Assembly: GCA_012520715.1 (NCBI GenBank)
Contig: JAAYNT010000070.1
Span: forward strand, 1 to 46,623
DNA length: 46,623 nt
Source of the DNA: Acholeplasmataceae bacterium
GTDB taxonomy: Bacteria; Bacillota_I; Bacilli_A; Acholeplasmatales; Acholeplasmataceae
Direction of reading: 5' to 3'
The notes beneath the pieces are model-generated. The model made no database searches, had not been told where the DNA came from, and was given only the letters and a program-made list of their open reading frames with translations. Position numbers and translations under genes: made by a program. Shown here in pieces: positions 36,058 through 44,435 of this stretch; the first letter of the stretch is position 1; each line of letters begins with the position of its first letter.

Positions 36058-38415
36058 TTAAGATTGGGTGTTAGGGTCTACCCACTCATCAAATGGAAAG
36101 TTAGTTTCCAAATTTGTTACTTTAGGATATCCCTCTGCCCATGATAAATTTGCTGATGTTTCAAATAAGATAAATTCAATTGCTGGCCCTCCAACTTCAG
36201 TATATCTTTCATCAAAGTTTATTAACCATTCGTTCATTCCTGTAGTAAAGGTTATTTCATTCACTCCTGCTATAAGATCAACCGTTGCTATTGTCCATAC
36301 ATTAAAATGAATTGGATGGTCTAAACTAGTCCGTGATAAAGTTATATCACCATAGGTTAATTCTACATTATTAAATTTAATTATATGACCACCACCACTT
36401 GAATCTGAATTCATGTTAAATGTACCCGGAATTTCTATACCTAGGCTCATTTTTAATACAGCAGTGGTAGCAACATCCGAGTTAATCATCCAAGTTATTG
36501 TTTGATCTGGAGAATTATGAGTCCCTTGTAAAAAGTATGGAGTACTATGTCCCTCAGTAACAAAAGATCCTTCAGGGCCTGTTCTTTCAATAACTGACGG
36601 TCCTGCATGTTCCCCACCATAATACATACTTCCTCCATTAAATCTTGATAAATCCGCAACTGCAACTTCAAATATAAATGAGTTTAACTCAACGGCTTCA
36701 ATTGTGATTGTAAATGTAGCTTCTGTGGATTTAAAGTTTTCTGCGCTTACAACGATAATAAATGTATGGTTGTTTACTTCTACAGTAGGAGTTCCACTAA
36801 TTTGACCTGAGGAAGATAAATTAAGACCTGTAGGTAAGGTGGATCCTTGTTTTAACGAGTATCCAAATATTGGAGTAATTGTACCTTCTGCTGATGCAGT
36901 TGAAACACTTTCGTTATATTCTGTCCCGCTTATTCCACTTGCTAGAGTAGTCCCTGTATAATTAATACTGCCTTCTTCAACTTTAATAGTAAATGTAGCA
37001 TCTTTTGATTCAAACCCTTCAACGCTTGCAGTAATAACAATTGAAGATGAAACAACTGCTATTTCAGGTGTTCCTTTGATTGTCCCATTATCAAAAATTA
37101 ATCCTTGAGGTAAAGTACCCGTTTTAATTTCATATGTAATTGATGGCGTGCTGCTTCCTGCGTTTGCCGTTGCAACAGAACGATTATACTCTATTCCAAC
37201 TGTTGCAGATAACGAACTTCCTAAATAAGTAATTTCATTATCTGCACCGATTGCAATGATAATTTCAGCGTCTACTGATTGATATCCATTTGCACTAATA
37301 GTTAATATAAGTGTTGCTGGTTCCTCGGTTTTAGTTGTTGGTGTTCCTGTTATTAACCCATTATCAAAAGTTAGTCCAGCAGGTAATGTTCCAGATTTGA
37401 TATTATATGCTATCTCTGGTGTACCATTACCAATGACTGTAGCTGTTTTAAGATTAATATTTAGTGCTTGGCCGACCGTTCCTGAATATGTTTCCCCCTC
37501 ATAAACTATCGTGCCTAAATCAATTGTAATATTAAATGTTTGTTCAACATCTCTATATCCTTCTGCGCTTGCTACAACCACAAAAGATTTGTTGTTAGCA
37601 GCCTCTATAGGAATTCCGGTAATTAAACCATTATTAAATATAAGTCCAGCAGGAAGAGATTCCCCCGCTTTTAATTTATATGTTATTATTGCTCCTTCAT
37701 CAGCAGTAGCACTCGCTACTGTTTCTGAATAGTTAATGCCCACTGTTCCTTTTACAAGTTCACTTGTGACATACGCAATCTTGTTTTCAATTATCACAAT
37801 TTGAAATTCAACTTCCGCTTCATTAAAACTGTCACCCGCTTTAGCTACTACTGTAAATGAAACTTCTCCATTTGTTTCAGTAGTCGGTATCCCTGAAATT
37901 ATTCCGTTATTAAATTCTAATCCAGCTGGTAAAGTCGAGCCCGTTTTTAATTCATATGTAATTACTATTCCAGCAATTGCAGTAGCTTTGGCTACTGTTT
38001 CTGAATATTCAACCCCCACAATTGCTTGTGGAAGTTCAAAAGAACTATAACTTATAGTTCCCTTACCTATAGTTATACTAAATGTCGCCTCTTTATCATT
38101 AAAACCTGGAGCCTTAGCGATTACGACAAACGATTGTGAAGAACATACTGTGGTCGGGGTTCCTGTTATGGCTCCGTTTTTGAGACTAAGTCCAGAAGGT
38201 AATGTTTCTCCATCTTTTAATTCGTAAATAATAGTGGGGGTTCCCTCACCTTTTGCCAAAGAAACGCTCGCATTATATTTTGCACCAACGGCACCATCAG
38301 CAAGTTTTATCCCTTCATATGTAAGATCTTTTGCTTTTTCATTGCAAGCAGATAATCCCACCACGAAAAATATAGCAACAATAATTATGCTAAGTATTTT
38401 TCTAATTTTACTCAT
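36058..38415 (-). CDS. surface lipoprotein with six He_PIG-type (putative Ig / cadherin-like) repeats and a C-terminal beta-sandwich, CBM-like domain
   Basis: Signal peptide with lipobox VVGLSAC. Six repeats of about 90 aa, each carrying LP(S/A/Q/T)GL...G.I(S/T/K)G(T/I)P. Start set at the ATG of MSKIRK, 7 nt after an AGGAGG SD. The track N-extension covers an RNA hairpin. Confidence 0.8.
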   Translation of the reverse strand: MSKIRKILSIIIVAIFFVVGLSACNEKAKDLTYEGIKLADGAVGAKYNASVSLAKGEGTPTIIYELKDGETLPSGLSLKNGAITGTPTTVCSSQSFVVIAKAPGFNDKEATFSITIGKGTISYSSFELPQAIVGVEYSETVAKATAIAGIVITYELKTGSTLPAGLEFNNGIISGIPTTETNGEVSFTVVAKAGDSFNEAEVEFQIVIIENKIAYVTSELVKGTVGINYSETVASATADEGAIITYKLKAGESLPAGLIFNNGLITGIPIEAANNKSFVVVASAEGYRDVEQTFNITIDLGTIVYEGETYSGTVGQALNINLKTATVIGNGTPEIAYNIKSGTLPAGLTFDNGLITGTPTTKTEEPATLILTISANGYQSVDAEIIIAIGADNEITYLGSSLSATVGIEYNRSVATANAGSSTPSITYEIKTGTLPQGLIFDNGTIKGTPEIAVVSSSIVITASVEGFESKDATFTIKVEEGSINYTGTTLASGISGTEYNESVSTASAEGTITPIFGYSLKQGSTLPTGLNLSSSGQISGTPTVEVNNHTFIIVVSAENFKSTEATFTITIEAVELNSFIFEVAVADLSRFNGGSMYYGGEHAGPSVIERTGPEGSFVTEGHSTPYFLQGTHNSPDQTITWMINSDVATTAVLKMSLGIEIPGTFNMNSDSSGGGHIIKFNNVELTYGDITLSRTSLDHPIHFNVWTIATVDLIAGVNEITFTTGMNEWLINFDERYTEVGGPAIEFILFETSANLSWAEGYPKVTNLETNFPFDEWVDPNTQS
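36695..38330 (-). repeat. six tandem, diverged repeats of about 270 nt (coding repeats of the lipoprotein)
   Basis: The periodicity is visible in the translated protein (TYELK.G..LP.GL.F.NG.I.G.PT). The DNA copies are clearly diverged, not recent duplications. Confidence 0.75.
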
Positions 38416-38458
38416 AAGTCTTCCTCCTTGTAAGAATATTTTTCTTAAATAAAGATTT

Positions 38459-38488
38459 TCACAGGCAAAAGTCATCTTTTGCCTGTGA
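38459..38488 (-). terminator. perfect 13-bp hairpin between the 1533-aa GH3 gene and the lipoprotein gene (partial terminator or RNA stabiliser)
   Basis: TCACAGGCAAAAG-ATGA-CTTTTGCCTGTGA on the minus strand, followed by AAATCTTTATTT (a weak U-tract). Confidence 0.35.
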
Positions 38489-38527
38489 ATTTCCTTTTAA
38501 ATACTATTTTATTTTATTATTTTTTTA

Positions 38528-41500
38528 TTATTTTTTGCGTTTAATCAATAACACTACGAGTGTTAATGATGCTGCAGCAATAATAAATGTTACAACAATT
38601 CCTCCGTAGAAGAATCCTGTAGGTTGTTCTTCTGGAACTGTACTTATACCGGTATTCTTGCCATCAATATACCAATATCCATCTTCTCTAATTTCAGGCA
38701 CTTCTGCTTCTTCAATAGCCGTTGCAACTAAAGCTTGAACATCTTCTTCCTTCATTCCTAATTCTAAAGCATCAATTGCAAACGCAATTAAACTTTGAAC
38801 TTGAGATTCAGTTTGATAACCTTTACCATTGACAATTGTATTAATTAATGTTGTTGCTGTTTCATTTGTTAAAAATCCTTTTTCATTTGCTTCTAATGCA
38901 GCATCAATTGCAGTTGTAACTTGTGAAGCTGTAACAAAATCTGCTGTTAAACTGTTAATTAATGTTGTTGCTGTTTCATTTGTTAAGAATCCTTTGGCGT
39001 TTGCGTCTAATGCAACATTAATTAATCCGTTAATTACTTCTAAATCTGGACTAACTATCATGGAACCATGAATTAAGAATATATCGTTATCTACTGACAG
39101 AATTTCTCTACCTTGTCCAAAAATTCTTCTGTGAGCTTCGATTGTAAAATGAGTTTCACCAATGCTTGTTGGCGTTCCTGTAATAGACCCATCTTTATTT
39201 AATGTTAATCCTGCTGGAAGATTTCCATCTATTAATCTAAAAGTGGTTTCTCTACCATTTGTTCCTTGAACGTTTTGCCAGTCACTCTCTCTTGTAGTAA
39301 CCGCAACATGGAAGTCAGATCTTTTAGCGCCTTGAATTTGACCACTAAATGGTTGTCCGACAACGAGATTGACACTTGAATACGGAGTACTCATATTTAC
39401 TGGGTTATCAACATCTGTAGTATTAATATTTTCTCCTTCAGCAAAACCATCACCAATTACAAATAAACTTGTTGTAGTGATGATAATTGATTTTCTAGCG
39501 CGAACTTGATTATCAATTAACATTTCAACTTTAATAGTTATTGGTTTAGTGAAACTTTCTCTTAACCACGCGCCTTGTGCATTATTAGCTTGGTTAGCAA
39601 CTGTTCCGTTAGCAGGATGACTTGAATCTGAAGTTTCACGACGAATTTCACCCCATGGTGTAAATTCTAATCCAGCTGGTAATTTTTCGCCTTGAGCTAA
39701 ACGATATGTCACTACTGAATTTGCAGGTAATGTAGCGGCACCTTCTGCAGAAAGTGCAACACTTGTATTTGACGCAGGTGCACTACCTTGATTAATGGCT
39801 ATTTCTTGACCATCAGTACTCATAAATGCGTCGTATGCATCTTTATAATAATATGCTGATGAAGAAAGTACATTACTTAATAATTCAGCATAGAATACAC
39901 GTTTTGCTGAACTTCTCCAGAACCAATACGAAGCGTGTGATTCGAGTTGATCTTCAGCAATTCCATAATAATAAATTGGGTTTTCACCGGTTGGATCTCC
40001 ATATGGAATAGCCGCAGCTGGTTTTAATACAACATTACCTTTCCCCTCACGTAATGTTGCATCCCATCCTGGAAGAGTCGCATTATTTGGTCTGAACCCC
40101 ATAAATTGATCGCTACCAGCACGTAAAGTTTGATGTAGGTTAATTACAATATTAGTTGGACCTGCAGCTGGGCGGTTAAAGTCTTGAGTAACCCACCCTT
40201 GGAAGCCCCATTCTCCTCTTAATACACCTGTTAATGTAGCATAGTTTTGAGTGAATGGAGTAACTCCTAACCCAGAAACTGCAACCATTAATGCTAATGC
40301 GCCACCACCATAATTGCGTTCTTTATTATAAACGACAGCTTTTCTAAATGGTTCTAGATAAATTTCTCTAAACGTTTGTTCAGTCATATATCTATATCCT
40401 ATTGCCGCGTTCATCATTGGTCCACCGTTATAGTTTAAGAAGTGTTTAATTTGTACCATTGTACCTAGATCTTGTGCTCCTCTTACATATAACATACCTC
40501 TTGTGCCAATTAAATATGGGTCCTCTGAACATCCTTCCCAAACACGAGTATCAAAACTGTGGCGTCTTACGTCAAAGGTAACTGTATAAAGGTTGTTGTT
40601 TCCGGCTAATCTTGATTCAGCACCCATTTGACGACCATTCTTATACATTAAACTCTTACTCCATGTCATAGTAATAGCACCAGGAGCTGGGTGAACGGTT
40701 CCACGTCCTTGAACAACATCGCCACCATAGTTATCTCCGGCTGAACCTGATAAACCATGTGCGCCATCTGGAGCTGAACCCTTAGGTTTTTCAAATCGTT
40801 CACTTGAACCACTACCATAGGAGCCACTATTCACCGTTAATCCAATTAATTCATCCCATGTCAATTGATTTAAGAATTGATCCCATTTAGGGTCACTATA
40901 TTCAACACCTACCATATCTTTAAATTTAATTGTAGGTGTTACAGTATCGTCAGTTGCTTGTGTCCAATTATCAGGAACTTTTCCTGTTGGATTTTCAGCC
41001 AAAAAGTCAATCATCCAAGGTTGTGTTGCAACGTCCCCATGAGTTGGGTCATTAGGACTAAACGCTGTTAATAATGCATCCACTATCACTTGGCTAGCTA
41101 CACGTTGTTCTGGTGTGACAGGGGTTGGGAATGATGCTGGATTAGCATCGCCAAAGTGCTGTCTAGAGAACACAACCATACTATCGCTATAACCATTAAA
41201 GACCCCATATTGCTGTGTTGTGGCATCGTCAACACTTAGGCCTGCTGTCATACGTAAACCTTCGCCAGAAACTGGGTCGTTTACTGAAAAACGGTTTTCT
41301 AATCTCTTACCAGTATCTACGTCTGTTTCATACATGATTCCACCACCAATAGTTGCTACTCCGGCACTGTTAGTTGGTTCTGCAGCTTTATATCCTGTAC
41401 TTGTTGAATCTACCGTATATTCAATTACTAATTGTTCACTACGAACATTAGCATTGCGCATTAAACGTAGTTGATAATTACCTTGTTCTAAAACATATGC

Positions 41501-43129
41501 GCCCCAAGTATCATATGAGTTTTTACCTAAACCACTTAGATTGTTCCAATCATATGAAGCCATGTTTTGCGCCATTAATTCAATGGTAAGAACTTCTGAT
41601 TGTCCTGGGTTAAGAATTCTTGTTTTTTCAAATCCTGCTAAGTTGACAAACGCTTTTTCAACTCCACCAGCTTTATATGGCGCAGTATAATACAATTGAA
41701 CTACATCTTTACCCGGAACATATCCAATATTAGTGACACGAACCTTAAGTGTGATTTTATCTTCTTTATTAAGAACAGCTCCATTAGCTGGAGTAGACTC
41801 AACAAGTTCCCATTTAAAATCTGTATAGCTTAATCCATGTCCTAGTGGATAAACGACATTTTCATCATACCAAGACCAATCTCCATCATTATATTGATTG
41901 GCAGATGTTCCGCTTTTACCCCCCATTTCCCATCCGCGAGTTTCATAATATTTAGAACCTAAATAAATACCTTCGCTATAGTTTTGGAAAGAATTTTGTT
42001 TATTTCCCGTAGATTGGAAATCAAATTCAGGATTAGTGTAATAGTTAATTGAACCCAATGATTTTCCTGTTTTTCCATCTGGCCCATCTAAAATGTGTAA
42101 TCCGTCACCAAAGTTTTGCCATTGAGGGTTATTTCTTTGGTCAGTAACAAACATGTTAATTAGTCTACCTGATGGATTTACTTCCCCATTAAGAATTCTA
42201 CCCAACGCTAAAATTCCATCAGCACCAGGTGCATCCATATAAAGAAAAGTGTCTACCCCTTTGTGATCATTTAACCACTTAATATCCCAAACTTCTGATG
42301 AGTTGATTAAAACAATTACATTTGTAAAATTACTTGCTACATAATTAATCAAATCTTTTTCACTTTGGTTAAGCATATAGAAGTTGTTATAGTAGTCATT
42401 CGGATCACTATAGTTTGCTAATGCCGCTCCTGCAGAAGGAGCTTGGCTTGTTCCTGATCCAGCTGCATAGTTTCTTGAATATAGGTTCGCTTGAGCACCA
42501 CGATTCCCCAATACAACAAGTGCCGCATCGCTATATTTACGTAACGAGTTAGTGATGTCGTATGTGAATTCACTTACTGGTGGTTGAAGCGGTGAATCTT
42601 TATATTGCTGAGAAGTAATTGTTACTGGGTCAGCAATTTCAGGATGCGTAAATGTAAATTCTGGATAAGGATAATTACGATAGAATGGTGCGATATGAGG
42701 GTTTATATTAAATCCCGCTTGCACTAAACTATCTTCTAAACTGGCAGTTTTGGTATCCATTGTTTGGCGTGGATTCGCACGAACAATGTGTGCAAAGTCT
42801 GTAGAATGTTTACCAAATACACTGATGTTTTTCACGTCATTATTTAGAGGAAGTGTACCTCCTTCATTCTTTAACATCGTGATGCTTTCAGCCATAATTT
42901 CTTGATTAAGAAGTCTACCACCTTCATGTGCTTCTGATAACGTTGCGTAATCAGAGGCAAAATGACCATCAGCTTCTTGATTGTAGTGATATGGCTTGTC
43001 ATCATAGTAATCAGCAATACCAACTGCTTTTACAACAAATCCTGGTACAAATAATCCTAACATTAACGTTAAGATCAGTACCCAAGCTTTTACAAAGCCT
43101 TTTCTAAACTTAAACTTTGGTTTATTCAT
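38528..43129 (-). CDS. 1533-aa membrane-anchored GH3-like surface protein: permuted domain order, degenerate catalytic motifs, He_PIG-type domains, C-terminal repeats and TM anchor
   Basis: The order is signal/TM, GH3 sandwich-like domain, Fn3-like region (YPLGHGLSYT), then GH3 barrel-like domain (APDGAHGL, IKHFLNYNG, GWVTQDF). Two LPAGL He_PIG-like modules and a 2 x 38-aa repeat follow. The C-terminus reads QPTG + hydrophobic helix + KRKK. Confidence 0.8.
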   Translation of the reverse strand: MNKPKFKFRKGFVKAWVLILTLMLGLFVPGFVVKAVGIADYYDDKPYHYNQEADGHFASDYATLSEAHEGGRLLNQEIMAESITMLKNEGGTLPLNNDVKNISVFGKHSTDFAHIVRANPRQTMDTKTASLEDSLVQAGFNINPHIAPFYRNYPYPEFTFTHPEIADPVTITSQQYKDSPLQPPVSEFTYDITNSLRKYSDAALVVLGNRGAQANLYSRNYAAGSGTSQAPSAGAALANYSDPNDYYNNFYMLNQSEKDLINYVASNFTNVIVLINSSEVWDIKWLNDHKGVDTFLYMDAPGADGILALGRILNGEVNPSGRLINMFVTDQRNNPQWQNFGDGLHILDGPDGKTGKSLGSINYYTNPEFDFQSTGNKQNSFQNYSEGIYLGSKYYETRGWEMGGKSGTSANQYNDGDWSWYDENVVYPLGHGLSYTDFKWELVESTPANGAVLNKEDKITLKVRVTNIGYVPGKDVVQLYYTAPYKAGGVEKAFVNLAGFEKTRILNPGQSEVLTIELMAQNMASYDWNNLSGLGKNSYDTWGAYVLEQGNYQLRLMRNANVRSEQLVIEYTVDSTSTGYKAAEPTNSAGVATIGGGIMYETDVDTGKRLENRFSVNDPVSGEGLRMTAGLSVDDATTQQYGVFNGYSDSMVVFSRQHFGDANPASFPTPVTPEQRVASQVIVDALLTAFSPNDPTHGDVATQPWMIDFLAENPTGKVPDNWTQATDDTVTPTIKFKDMVGVEYSDPKWDQFLNQLTWDELIGLTVNSGSYGSGSSERFEKPKGSAPDGAHGLSGSAGDNYGGDVVQGRGTVHPAPGAITMTWSKSLMYKNGRQMGAESRLAGNNNLYTVTFDVRRHSFDTRVWEGCSEDPYLIGTRGMLYVRGAQDLGTMVQIKHFLNYNGGPMMNAAIGYRYMTEQTFREIYLEPFRKAVVYNKERNYGGGALALMVAVSGLGVTPFTQNYATLTGVLRGEWGFQGWVTQDFNRPAAGPTNIVINLHQTLRAGSDQFMGFRPNNATLPGWDATLREGKGNVVLKPAAAIPYGDPTGENPIYYYGIAEDQLESHASYWFWRSSAKRVFYAELLSNVLSSSAYYYKDAYDAFMSTDGQEIAINQGSAPASNTSVALSAEGAATLPANSVVTYRLAQGEKLPAGLEFTPWGEIRRETSDSSHPANGTVANQANNAQGAWLRESFTKPITIKVEMLIDNQVRARKSIIITTTSLFVIGDGFAEGENINTTDVDNPVNMSTPYSSVNLVVGQPFSGQIQGAKRSDFHVAVTTRESDWQNVQGTNGRETTFRLIDGNLPAGLTLNKDGSITGTPTSIGETHFTIEAHRRIFGQGREILSVDNDIFLIHGSMIVSPDLEVINGLINVALDANAKGFLTNETATTLINSLTADFVTASQVTTAIDAALEANEKGFLTNETATTLINTIVNGKGYQTESQVQSLIAFAIDALELGMKEEDVQALVATAIEEAEVPEIREDGYWYIDGKNTGISTVPEEQPTGFFYGGIVVTFIIAAASLTLVVLLIKRKK
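38841..39019 (-). repeat. direct repeat, 114-nt period, inside the 1533-aa gene
   Basis: TTAATTAATGTTGTTGCTGTTTCATTTGTTAA occurs at both 38841 and 38955, identical over 32 nt and then diverging. It encodes KGFLTNETATTLIN twice. Confidence 0.8.
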
Positions 43130-43197
43130 ATATATATGACCTCCTTTTAAACCATTGTTAATCCATTTCTTTGTATTTAAACAGGTGCTTAAATCTA

Positions 43198-43211
43198 TGA
43201 AATCGTTTTCA
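43198..43211 (-). promoter_or_regulatory. cre-like / LacI-family operator palindrome upstream of the 1533-aa GH3 gene
   Basis: TGAAAACGATTTCA on the minus strand fits every position of the cre consensus TGWAANCGNTNWCA. The extended palindrome TCTATGAAA-NCG-TTTCATAGA spans 43194-43215. The site lies 69-82 nt upstream of the ATG. Confidence 0.5.
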
Positions 43212-43289
43212 TAGAAATGTTATCATTTTTATTTCTTTATTAATTGTTGGTTTCATAACTTGTTATGTTATTGACATAATTGGTAAAAT

Positions 43290-44435
43290 CTAATTTTTTT
43301 TTAGTAATTCATAAATCATATATGCTGTTTTTTCCGGGCCGCTAGTCTCCTTTGTTTTTTTAGCTGAATTTTGCATTATTTTTAGTAAATTAGGATTGTC
43401 AATATATGATTCAATTAATCCCCTAATTTCCTTAACATTAAATACTTTTTTAGCGTTTTTAATTTCGTTGATATAATAATCAGCAATCCATACTTCAATG
43501 TTGGTTGCCATTGATGTTATTAATAATGGATTTTCGAAATATGATGCTTCAGCTAAATTAGAAGCCCCTGACTTTCCAATAAAAATGTCACTTGCTGCTG
43601 CAAGAAGTAACATCTTATCGGTAAATCCAAAAACTTTAAGATTAGTGTTTTGGGGTGCCACACTTTTTTGAAGTTTTTCGTAAAGTTTTTCGTTTTTACC
43701 GCATACAGCTAAAATATTCATTTTGTGTTTTGATTTTAATAGTTCTTTTAATACTTTATCCATCTTACCAGCACCGTATGCACCATCGCACAATAAGATA
43801 GTAAACTCATCTTCTAAACCTAATTCTTTTTTATACTCAATTTTGTCTTTTATATATTCTTTTATTTCAGGTCTAATCATAAATGGTGCATATCTAATCA
43901 TGGTGTCTTTAAAAGTTTTACTTCTCAGCGCCTTTAAGATTCCTTTTTCACTACTTAAAACCATCAAATCATATCTTTTATCCCATTGTAATCCTAAAAC
44001 CGGATCAGGGCAATATGCCACCACTTTAGCTTTAGTTAAGCCTTTTTCTTTAGCTTCATTACAATAATATAAAGTTGAAAAATGAGTATTAAATATTAAA
44101 TCGGCATTTAATGATTCAATATATTCTATTGATGATTTATATCCAATTTTATATCTTTGTTTGTGCAAAAATTTTAACGCTGTTTTTTGACCAACTAATC
44201 TCATTAAGAAAAATTGAAATCTGCCTAATCCTCTAAATCTATTGTGAAGTTTGACTTGTTTTATAAAGTCTTGTTCAATTTTAATTGCTTCTTCATTATT
44301 TTGATCACGGAAGAAATATGTTTCTACTACTTCTACTTTATCCCCATATTTTTTCTTAAATACTTCCGCAACTGCCTTAAGTGGCATAATATGTCCCATG
44401 CCGGCTTCGACATAAGGAAATACAATTTTTTTCAT
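43290..44435 (-). CDS. diacylglycerol glycosyltransferase-like enzyme (UgtP / MGDG-synthase family, GT28)
   Basis: N-terminal EAGMGHIMP (the G-x-GH motif of the MGDG-synthase domain). C-terminal AVCGKNEKL ... KVFGFTDKM ... IGKSGASNLAEA aligns by eye with B. subtilis UgtP. Confidence 0.6.
   Translation of the reverse strand: MKKIVFPYVEAGMGHIMPLKAVAEVFKKKYGDKVEVVETYFFRDQNNEEAIKIEQDFIKQVKLHNRFRGLGRFQFFLMRLVGQKTALKFLHKQRYKIGYKSSIEYIESLNADLIFNTHFSTLYYCNEAKEKGLTKAKVVAYCPDPVLGLQWDKRYDLMVLSSEKGILKALRSKTFKDTMIRYAPFMIRPEIKEYIKDKIEYKKELGLEDEFTILLCDGAYGAGKMDKVLKELLKSKHKMNILAVCGKNEKLYEKLQKSVAPQNTNLKVFGFTDKMLLLAAASDIFIGKSGASNLAEASYFENPLLITSMATNIEVWIADYYINEIKNAKKVFNVKEIRGLIESYIDNPNLLKIMQNSAKKTKETSGPEKTAYMIYELLKKN

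Noticed and set aside
32863-41474. Cluster of 60-100-aa plus-strand ORFs inside the three large surface-protein genes, including 38829-39071, which shows an internal repeat.
   Set aside because: They are antisense to long ORFs with GH3 or He_PIG motifs. The repeat in 38829-39071 simply reflects the 114-nt coding repeat on the other strand.
43130-43289. 15-codon mini-ORF (MKPTINKEIKMITFL) in the leader of the giant GH3 gene, considered as a possible leader peptide.
   Set aside because: It has no SD and no obvious alternative RNA structures linked to it, and it overlaps the cre-like palindrome, which explains the conservation-like symmetry better.
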